From contig CAZUFC010000019.1 of the NCBI GenBank assembly GCA_964619725.1, positions 19,696-83,695 on the forward strand: DNA of 64,000 nt, read 5' to 3'. Of this stretch, positions 19,110-29,000 are shown in pieces; within the stretch, counting starts at the first letter, position 1, and each line of letters begins with the position of its first letter. The stretch comes from an uncultured bacterium. GTDB taxonomy: Bacteria; CSSED10-310; CAZUFC01. The notes under the pieces are model-generated. The model did no database searches. It worked only from the letters and a program-made list of their open reading frames with translations, and was not told the origin of the DNA. Both the position numbers and the translations under genes were made by a program.

Positions 19110-22100
19110 ATGAAACTTTTTAGGATGGCGAGAGTCTTGATTGTTTTTTTTGTTTTAATTTCAATAAGTTGTTCAGCCCTGGGTCATTATGGAGGATTTT
19201 ACGGATCAGACATGACCGGTTCGAAGGGATGGAGCGATGATCCGGCGGTGAATATACGCGTAAGTGCATCGCAGGGTGATCAGGCGAACCAGAGAGTAAT
19301 TTCTGACGGTCAGGGGGGTTTCATCACGGCCTGGGAGAGGTTGGGGGATATATTTGTACAGCGGCTGGACGAATATGGCGAGCGCGACTGGGGAACCGAG
19401 GGAGTGACGGTATGCGGTGATGCTTCATTACAGGAGATGTCGGGTATATGTCGTGACGGTTCGGGAGGCGCCATAATAGTATGGAGGGATGCTCGGAACG
19501 GGGTTATGGGAATCTGGGGACAGCGAATCGGAGCATCCGGGAGTCCCATGTGGACCATTGACGGCGTGCAGGTATCGGGAAGCGGCGATTATACGGGAGG
19601 TCAGGCGATATCGGATGATGCCGGCGGGGTTTATGTTGTGTATGAGGGATCAGAGAGCGGAGTTTTTTGTACGAGGTTAGACGGGATGGACGGAAGCGAA
19701 ATTTGGACCATTCAAACCGATGCATCCGGTATGCTGTGCAGTGGAACTGCGGCAGCGGAAGACGGAACGGGCGGAGTTTTGCTGGGATGGGAGAGGAGAA
19801 GCGTGCTGTTTTATGGAAAATTCGTGATGAGCATGGGAGGAGGAGCCAGGGACGACGGTTCGATATATTTAAAGGATACTATAGGGCAATCATCGCCTCC
19901 TGGAGAATCAAGCGATGAGAATTACAGTGTGAAAGGTGGATTCTGGAAGCCTACGCATGCGAATTTGCCGATAAGCGAAAGCGATATATATGTGCAGAGA
20001 CTTGATTCCGCCGGGACCGAATTATGGGGAGCCGGCGGCATATGTTTGTATGATACGTCTGAAGCGCAGAAAAATCCTCGAGCGGCATCAGACGGAAGCG
20101 GGTGCGGATTTTTCGTTTGGGAGGATATGAGGTCTCCGAGCAACACCAGGAGTCTGTATATACAAAAGATCGACAGTGGAGGTTCAATCGTATGGCGAGC
20201 TGACGGCGTTCAGGTATATGCCGGAGGAGCGAGCGAGTATGAGCTTATGAGTCATGCTGTAGTATCGGATTCTGAAGGCGGAGCGGTCATAACCTGGTGT
20301 GCTGGGAATCGTGATGTTTATGCAACCCGAATAGACTCAAACGGAGATAATGCCTGGGGGGGAGAGGTCGCTCTAACGGATCACGAAGAGACGTCGGGTG
20401 TATCGGATTATCCCTATCAATCGGTATCGGACGGACTGGGCGGAGCGTTTACGGTATTTTCACGCCGGAACGAGCCGGCAAACAGTTATGAGATAGTATG
20501 TCAGAGCGTCGCGTATAATGGAAGTTTACCCTGGGGAATAAACGGAGAAGCGGTATGCATTTATGCTCAGGGAGAGCGGTATAACGCATTGGTTGCGAAA
20601 TGCGACGGGAACATGACCGGCGCTCTATGTTGCTGGATTGACGAAAGGACAGTCGATTCGGAGGCCCTTTACGTAATGGGAATAAACCTCTACGGCGAAC
20701 TCGGCGATCCCTGTTCGACGCTTCCTACAATAACGCCCACATTGACGCCTGTTCCGCCTACGCCGACTCCTGAGCCGCCCACACTTACTCCGACTATTCC
20801 TCCGCCTCCGGCAGTCGTCTGGATCGACGATGACTTTAACGATTCGACTCCGGGCTGGGGTTACGATCATTTTTCAGTCATTCAGGCCGGCTTGGATGCC
20901 GTGGCTGACGGCGGCGATATATATGTTGCTTCCGGTCTTTACAATGAAACAATCGGCTTCGATTCATCATTTAATAAAAACAATATTTCCTTTTTCGGCG
21001 AATCCGGCGACAGACCGACGGTAGCAGGCGGCATGCATTTCGACAACGACGCAGCGATCTTAAATATTAACTTTGAAAACATGTATTTCAAAGGAGATGC
21101 CGGAGGTAATAATGCCGTAATAGGAATGACCAATTTGGGAGCTGTCCAGAATTTCAGCATGAAAAACTGCGTTATAGACGGAGAAAACGCAATCGACAGG
21201 CATGGATTGGCCGGTAAAAACTTTGAGGGTTCTTTTTCCGTCACGGATACGGAGTTCAAGAACATTTTGGGCTGGGCTGCAATGGATATGAACATCGACA
21301 GCCCGGATGGAGCGAATGAGCTGCCCATAAATTCGATCACATTCACAGGCAATTACATCCATGATTCAAACGGGGTAACCGCTTTAAGGGGAAATGAAAT
21401 CACGCGAAGCATCCTGGTTAATGTTGCCGATAATTCCTGGGACAACATCGGAGGAAACGGAGGAGCTGCAGGGGGACATTGGACGGCTCTGGAGGTCAAC
21501 CATTCTGCAGAAGTAAACATCTACGGCAATGCGATCAACGATGTCAGCCAGGGGCAGAATTCTGAAGGCAAAGCGATTATCGTGTGGGATATTGTAGAGC
21601 TCATCTGCCGTTGCAATGATATAACGAACAATTATGAGGGCATATACGTTTACGGGGGCGGCGGCGTTTATGGCGGTCCTTATGCCGTGCCTTTCGGATA
21701 TGTCGCATACAATAATATCATGAACAATTCCGAGTATGGTCTGACTGTCGATGATTATGCAACGGGGGACCCTCTAAGGGCCGACTTCAATTACTGGAAT
21801 GCGGCTGACGGTCCGGGAGGCGATGCCGAGGGAAGCGGGGATGCTGTTTACGGTAATGCCGTGTGGGAGCCCTGGCTGAATGCAGTGCAGGAGCCGCCTT
21901 GTCCGCCTCCCTGTTACAATGACGGCGATGTCGACAATAACGGGAGTTTAACCCCGAATGACGGCATGATGACATTCAGGATATACATCGGATACATTTC
22001 ATATCCGACTTACGAAGAGGAGTGTTCTTCAGATTGTGACGGAAACGGTTATATATCACCTGGAGATGGACAATGTATCTTCTGGAGTTATTTGGAGATG

Positions 22101-22736
22101 GGGTGCGAATGCGCTCAACCTGTGCAGAATTCCGTTCCGATGAACTATCCAGGTGAACAAAGAGAAAAGAAGAGCGACTCGCCGGATGCAATCAAACCGG
22201 AATATGGTAACCGGAAGATAATTGTCGGCTCTGCGCAGGGGTGCCGGAACGAAATCGTTTCCATACCCATTATCATGGATAGTGCGGATGCCCCTGTCGC
22301 TTCCTTCGGATTAACTCTTCAATACGACGGCAATATTCTGGAGTTCGTAGATGTCGATCACGGAGAATTAACGGAAGAATGGTTCCTTCTCGATGCTTAT
22401 CCTCAAAAACCCGGAATGCTCAAAGTGGGGGGATTCGATCTTTACTCTGAAATCCCCTCCAGAACCCGGGGCGCCCTTGCATATCTGAATTTTAGAGTCG
22501 TCTGCGAGGAATGCGGAAACGGAGAACAAAGCGAATGCCGGATAACGGACCTGCTGGATGATATTAAACATTTTGAAGCGAAAGACGGCCGGTTTACTTA
22601 TAACTGCATTTACCAGACCCCAACTGGAGTATTTCAGGAGATTCCCGCAATCATGCCCGGAGGATTAATACTGCTTACCGGTTTAATTTCAGCGATATTT
22701 CTTTTTTCGATTTGCAGTATTAGAAGGCGAAAATGA
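19110..22736 (+). CDS. Secreted modular surface protein: propeller-like repeats, P/T linker, beta-helix, dockerin-like, cohesin-like, IPTL-CTERM-like anchor
   Basis: Signal peptide; repeats DGxGG...W...D/IxxQR; PTPTP linker; parallel beta-helix; paired DxDxNG Ca-loops; cohesin-like IVSIPI..FGLTLQYD..LEF; tail IPAIMPGG-TM-RRRK. Confidence 0.8.
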   Translation: MKLFRMARVLIVFFVLISISCSALGHYGGFYGSDMTGSKGWSDDPAVNIRVSASQGDQANQRVISDGQGGFITAWERLGDIFVQRLDEYGERDWGTEGVTVCGDASLQEMSGICRDGSGGAIIVWRDARNGVMGIWGQRIGASGSPMWTIDGVQVSGSGDYTGGQAISDDAGGVYVVYEGSESGVFCTRLDGMDGSEIWTIQTDASGMLCSGTAAAEDGTGGVLLGWERRSVLFYGKFVMSMGGGARDDGSIYLKDTIGQSSPPGESSDENYSVKGGFWKPTHANLPISESDIYVQRLDSAGTELWGAGGICLYDTSEAQKNPRAASDGSGCGFFVWEDMRSPSNTRSLYIQKIDSGGSIVWRADGVQVYAGGASEYELMSHAVVSDSEGGAVITWCAGNRDVYATRIDSNGDNAWGGEVALTDHEETSGVSDYPYQSVSDGLGGAFTVFSRRNEPANSYEIVCQSVAYNGSLPWGINGEAVCIYAQGERYNALVAKCDGNMTGALCCWIDERTVDSEALYVMGINLYGELGDPCSTLPTITPTLTPVPPTPTPEPPTLTPTIPPPPAVVWIDDDFNDSTPGWGYDHFSVIQAGLDAVADGGDIYVASGLYNETIGFDSSFNKNNISFFGESGDRPTVAGGMHFDNDAAILNINFENMYFKGDAGGNNAVIGMTNLGAVQNFSMKNCVIDGENAIDRHGLAGKNFEGSFSVTDTEFKNILGWAAMDMNIDSPDGANELPINSITFTGNYIHDSNGVTALRGNEITRSILVNVADNSWDNIGGNGGAAGGHWTALEVNHSAEVNIYGNAINDVSQGQNSEGKAIIVWDIVELICRCNDITNNYEGIYVYGGGGVYGGPYAVPFGYVAYNNIMNNSEYGLTVDDYATGDPLRADFNYWNAADGPGGDAEGSGDAVYGNAVWEPWLNAVQEPPCPPPCYNDGDVDNNGSLTPNDGMMTFRIYIGYISYPTYEEECSSDCDGNGYISPGDGQCIFWSYLEMGCECAQPVQNSVPMNYPGEQREKKSDSPDAIKPEYGNRKIIVGSAQGCRNEIVSIPIIMDSADAPVASFGLTLQYDGNILEFVDVDHGELTEEWFLLDAYPQKPGMLKVGGFDLYSEIPSRTRGALAYLNFRVVCEECGNGEQSECRITDLLDDIKHFEAKDGRFTYNCIYQTPTGVFQEIPAIMPGGLILLTGLISAIFLFSICSIRRRK

Positions 22737-22795
22737 GTTTTCGCAGCCTTAAAATTCGTGTAAAGCATAAACACATCTCCTCGCAATTATTAATT

Positions 22796-22827
22796 CCGAT
22801 TGCGATACTGACCCCGATAACCGAAAC
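22796..22827 (+). repeat. Hexamer-repeat motif (cgattgcgatactgaccccgat)
   Basis: Same motif as 5203-5237 and 57197-57237. Confidence 0.55.
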
Positions 22828-22953
22828 GAACGGTCCTCAATGAAAAAGAACCGCCCTGATTCAGTCAAATAGATATTTGGGGCAGATATCAGCTTTAGTA
22901 TGAGGGATTTCAATATGCTCCGACATTTTCATGTCGGCAACTGAAAAGGAAGC

Positions 22954-22998
22954 GCAACGCAACAGCAATGCGCCTGAAGGGCTTTGCTGTTGCGTTGC
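22954..22998. terminator. Perfect 15-bp inverted repeat between convergent genes (bidirectional terminator or REP-like)
   Basis: GCAACGCAACAGCAA-N15-TTGCTGTTGCGTTGC; a second small hairpin CCGACAT-TTTC-ATGTCGG at 22920-22937. Confidence 0.6.
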
Positions 22999-23046
22999 AT
23001 GGTTGGTCCGTCGCTCCAGCAGCGAGCGGATACATTTATAAACGAA

Positions 23047-26000
23047 TCAATCGTTTCTTTTGCTGCCTATCTTCCTGGTAAGGAAACCCATAGTGAGAAT
23101 AAGGGTAATGATGCCGAACACAGAAAGAGCCGGGATGTCTCTGAAGCATGATTTTGAGGCTTGCTCGGTATTTCCGTAAGCGCCCATGTTGATGATGTCT
23201 CCATGCGGCGGGGGTTCACAATCACAAAGGTCTACTGGGTCTCCTGCGTCGATGCAAGGGGAACAGCTTTCATCCTCTCCCCAGGCGCCGTTATGATAGC
23301 TGCCGACGGTTGACTGGAGGTGGAAATCGCTGTTGTCCGGGTCTACGAATAAGGGGTCCTGATTCATATTGCCTTCGCCTTCGAATCCGCCTTGCACGTT
23401 AGAGTAAGTCATATCGATGACGGATAAACCGGAAGTTCCAATTTCATTGGGGAAATTATTCCAGAAAATGCAATTTTTAATGGTGGGTGAAGAATTCATG
23501 CAATGCAGGGCGCCGGCGTTCATTTGTGCGGAATTTTCGCTGAAGGTGCAATTCAGAAAAGTGGGAGAGGAATACCAGCATTCGACGCCGCCTCCGTAAT
23601 TTTGAGTTTCGTTGCCGATGATGAGGCAATTTTTAATGAGGACTTCGGGGTTGTCGCTGATGATGTGCAATCCTCCGCCCTGATCAACGGAAGAATTGTG
23701 AGCAATGGTGCAGTTTTCAAGAATGCAGCCAGAACCGATGTCAAAAAAGATTCCTCCGTTATGAACGCCGAAGTTGTCGCTTATGTTGCAGCCGATAAAG
23801 TGCGGCGAGGCGCTGTAGCTTTCGACGGCGCCGCCGAAATCAGCGGAGTTTGAGGTTATATCGGTGTTCGTAATAGTCGGATTAGAGAAATCCCTGCAGT
23901 AGAGCCCTCCGCCCATGCCGCCGGCGGAATTTCCGGTGATGATGCAATCGGTGATGACAGGCGAGGATGTGCTGGTGCAATAGACTCCGCCGCCGTCGGA
24001 AGCGGAAACGCATGATTCGACAAAGCAATCCAGTATAGCGGGCGAGGAATTCTGAATGTAAATGCCGGCGCCGTAAGTGGCGTTGCAGTTGCGGACCGTG
24101 AACCCGCTGACGATTGTATCATTGCCTTCTCCCCGGAAAACAATGAAACCTCTGCCGTCGTTTTCGCAGTCTATAATGCTGTTTTCGGGTCCATTGACCG
24201 ATGCGACAGTGATCGCCTTACCCATAAGATCGAGGTTTTTATTTCTATCGCCTGCGTATGTTCCTTCGTCGACGAGGACTGTATCGCAGTCAACCGCTGC
24301 ATCAATGGCTTCCTGTATCGTCTGAAAATCCTGGGGCACCAGAATAGTCGTACAGACATGAGTAGGGGTGCTGGTGGGCGTAAGGACTTGAGTCGGGGTT
24401 AATGTCGGTGTGGGGGAGTATGGTTGACAGTTTTCATAGGTCAACTGGTAATTGAAATATCCGCAACTTTCATAGGAATCAACGACTGCATAGTAAGTTC
24501 CGGGTTCGAGAGCGGTAAGCATTATGGTTTCGCCCTGGGCATCGCCGTTTTCATCTGCGTAGATGAAGCAGTCTTGCGGTTCCGGTCCATCCATAATGAG
24601 CAGAATGGGATCGTAGTCTCCGGGCGTGACGTTATCGATCTGAATCGTAACGTCGCAGTATTGGTTGTTAATGAAGACTATACCCAGGTCTTCCCCATTG
24701 AGCCCGGAAATACCGCATCCGTAATCCTGGTAATCGTCGAACCATCCGCAGTTGGTTTGAGGATTCGGAGTGGGGGTGTTGGGAGGGGTAGGAGATGGCG
24801 TGGATGTCAGGCAATTGTCGAGCGAATAGGAGAGGTTCCAGTATCCGCAACTTTCTTCAGCATCCACGACTGCGTAGTAGTTGCCGGGTTCCATGGCTGG
24901 GACGGTGATGCTTTCGCCGAGTCCTGCTCCGTTATCGTCGGCATAAGCGAAGCAATAGAGCGGATCAGGACCGTCAAGCAGCAGCAGAACGGGATCGTAA
25001 TCGCCGGGAGTGACGCTATCGATGGCGATGGTTACGTCGCATACCTGCTGAACGACGAAGAAGGTAACGAAATCCTCACCGAAAAGATCATACATTCCGC
25101 AGGCGTAATTCTGCCAGTCGTCGTACCATCCGCAATTGGTTTGCGGTATAGGGGTTTCGGTCGGTATAGGCGTCGGGGTCAGGCAATTGTCCATGGTTAT
25201 CGAAATGTTCCAGAATCCGCAATCCTGATAAGAATCGACCGTTGCGTAGTATGTCCCCGGCTCCATGGCCGTTATAGTTATGCTTTCGCCTTCCGCTGCA
25301 CCGTAATCGTCGGCGTAGGCAAAGCAATATTGCGGACCGGGGCCGTCCAGCAGAAGCAGAACAGGATCATAGTTTTCCGGAGTGATATTATCGATTGAAA
25401 TAGTGACGTCGCAAGTCTGTTGCACTACAAAAAAGGTGATGAAGTCTTCACCGGCGAGACCGGTCGGTCCGCAGGCGTAGTCCTCGAAGTCATTAAACCA
25501 TCCGCAGTTGGTCTGGGGGATGGGCGTATTAGTCGGGATGGCCGTGAAAGTGGGAGTATTCGTTGCGAACAGGGTTGGTGTGGGCGTAGGCGAATGAGAA
25601 TTGTTCAGCATGAATGACAGGTCCCAGTACCCGCATGATTCATACGAATCGACCACTGCATAATAATTTCCGGGCGCCATGGAATTGACCGTGATGGTTT
25701 CTCCCATTCCGGCCCCGTTGTCATCGGCATAGATAAAGCAGCTCTGAGGGTCAGCTTCGTTCAACAGCAGAAAGACAGGATCGTAATCTCCCGGAGTGAC
25801 GCCGGTGACAGTGAGGGTAACGTCGCATACTTCCTGGACCGTAAAGAAGGTTATGAAGTCTTCTCCATTCAGCCCGGTCAGCCCGCATGCGTAGTCCTGC
25901 CAGTCGTCGTACCACCCGCAGTTAGTTTGAGGAATAGGCGTTCGAGTAGGAATAGGCGTCGGGGTCAGGCAATCATCTATGGAGAGCGTAAGATTCCAGT

Positions 26001-29000
26001 AACCGCATGATTCAAAAGAGTCAACAGCGGCGAAATAAGTTCCGGGAGCGAGAGACGGCATGGTCAACGTTTCGCCCTGGCCCTGACCGTTGTCGTCGGC
26101 ATAAGCGATGCACTGGCCGGGCGAAGGTCCGCTCAGTAAAAGCAGGATGGGGTCGTAATCCCCCGGGGTAACGCCGTCAATGGAAATCGTAACGTCGCAG
26201 GTCTGATGCACCACGAAAAAGGTGATGAAGTCTTCGCCGAACAGGTCCGTCAGACCGCAGGCATAGTCCTGCCAGTCGTCGTATCCGCCGCAGTTGGTTT
26301 GAGGAATAGGCGTTTCTGTCGGGATGGCGGTAGGCGTGAATGTGATAGTAGGAGACTGCTCTGTCGTCGGCGTCCAGGTTGGAGTAGAGGAAGGCGTATC
26401 GGTTGGAGGAATTGTCGGCGTTTGAGTCGGCGTTCTGGTAGGCGTATTGGTCGCTGATGAACCCTCACAATTGACCGTAAGCGTGTAAGCGCCGGAGTTG
26501 CCCAGAATGCCGTCGACCACGACATAATAGGTCCCTGCAGGCTGATCGGTCAATGTCGTCGACGTATATCCCCATCCGATGCATGAATATTCGCTGCAGT
26601 CTGTAAGGACCAGAAAACCCAGCGGCGCAGAGGTGTTCAGTATAACCTCCAGATCGCTGACGCCAGTCGTCGTTACGGCATGAACTATTTCAGGTCCTGA
26701 GAATGTAAACTCCGGTGCGCAATTGTATATCTCAACATTGGAATTTCCGCCTGTCGTATCGCCCGTATAAGGTTGATTGCAGAATATCGTCACCGCGCCT
26801 GAACAGTCAAGTTCGGGTAAAGGCGTTGCCGTCGCTTCCGGGGTCGGCGTAAATGTAGGCGTGAATGTCGATTGCGCACAAACCACCGTCAGGTTGAAGT
26901 AAACAGGAGAATCCGGGCTGTCGACCACAATGTAATAGCGTCCCGGTGGGGTCTGGGCTATTATTGCCGCATCGTCTCCGTAAGCCATACAATCCTCTTC
27001 ATTGCATGAACCCAGGATGAAAATGTCCGGGTCCGTATTGAACAGAGGCTCCACGTAAGCCTGCAGGCTGGCGGTTGAAGAGGTATCGACATAGTATACT
27101 CTTTCGTTGCCGCTTTCATTCAAAAACGGATTGCAACCGTATACGTCAACATTGTCTTCGCCTGTCTGCGTCGATTGCATACTGAGCGTCTGACCGCAGG
27201 ATATCTCGACCGCGCTGTCGCAATTAAGCAATCCCGTAGGATATATTTCCTGTTCCCAGTCGGAATAGTCCACATATTCGCTGATCTCATCTCCGTCGCC
27301 GGGATTAATATTATCGCAATAACCGGCTCCTGATTCTTCATCGAAAGGTCCCGTGTTAAAGCCCCACCAGCAATGGGAGGCATCAACGCAGGGAGGTCCG
27401 TCGCAACGTACGCCGTAATAGGCATTCCCGTAGATATTGTTGTAATGAATATCGAATGCTCCGTGTTCGCCGTAAACATCCACTCCATAACCGTTGTCGA
27501 TGATCGTATTAAGCCTCACAGTCGATAAACCGTCCACCTGGGTGATCCTTAAGCCAGTTCCTGTCGCGCCTACATCAATGTAATTGTAAAGTATATCGGC
27601 TGTCGTATCGTAGGCTGCAGCGCCGGCGAAAATAATGCCGTATGCTCCGCCTTCAAATGTATTATGGAAAACCGTCGCCGCAGAAGGTCCGGTCTGATCC
27701 GCAGAATAATAGAGTCCCACGTGGTAAGTGTTTTTGAACTTGCAATTCATCACCGGTATCGTGACTTGGCGGACAGCGACCGTCATCCACCAGTTGCCGT
27801 GAGGATCGCCGTAGCCTCCATAGCGGAATTCCGTATTTTGAAGAGAGTTCAATTCTGAAGTGTAAGAAAGAACGCCCCAGTCTCCGGCTCCGGGCAAGGT
27901 AGCATCGCCGTCGCCGTTGGAGTCGCCGCCCAGCGTATCATCGCGCTCGGAGGTGAAATATACCAGGTTCCAGGGTTGACCCTGCAGGTCCAGGGTACCG
28001 TTTACTGAAAACCAGCGTCGCACTCCTGCCTGCATTTTAACCACTATTCCTGCGTTAATGTGCAAAGTCGCTCCTGCTGCAACAACCATATCGGCATCAT
28101 AAACGTGATACGGCAAACCCATATTCTGAACGTCCAGCCAGGTACCCTCACCGGTAATGGTTCCGTGAACTTTTATCGCCTGATTATAGTTGTCGGCTAT
28201 AGCATTGCCGCTGTATGTCGGGAAACTGTTTTCAGCCTGAACCAGGGGAAATCTCGTGCAGTTCACCAGGGAATTGTCGGTAATTGAAGGAGACCCGTTG
28301 GAAATATAAATGCCGTTTTGAACAAAATCGACGGTATTCCCGGAAATAGTGGAAGCAGAAGCAGGCCAGTAGAACTGCATTCCGTTTCCTGTTCCAGCCG
28401 GACTGGTAATTAAATTACCTGTGATGGTCAGATTCGGCTTTGACAGTTCGATACCCTGAATGTAAATGCCCCAACCGCTGCAGTTTATGTCGTTGCCGGA
28501 AATATAAGGTGAAGTGATGAAAGAGCCGCTCGGATTTACCTGAATCCCATACGTTCCGTCCAGAAATGAACAGGCTGTAATGGAAGGCGATGTCGCTGCT
28601 CCGGTTTTGGCGTTGTATCGTAAACCCAGATGATACACTCCGCTGAAGGTGCAGTTGTTTATCGTCGTATTGACCTGTTCGATATGAACCATTGTCCACC
28701 AGTTTCCATGAGGATCGCCATAGCCTCCATACCGGATGTCCATGTTTCTCAGAATATTACCGTCGGACGTAGCGTAATAGAGCACTCCCCAATCGGCTGC
28801 TCCGGGAGTCGTCCCGGTTCCGTCGCCGTTGGAATCACCCCAGGCCGTGTCGTCCCGGTCGGACGTCAGTATCACCGGATCACCCACTGCGGGGAGATTC
28901 AACGTTCCATGCACCGAGAACCAGCGACGGGCGCCCGTTTCCATTTTTACCACGACACCCGGATCGATAGTCAATTCAGCCCCATCCGCTATCGTCATAT

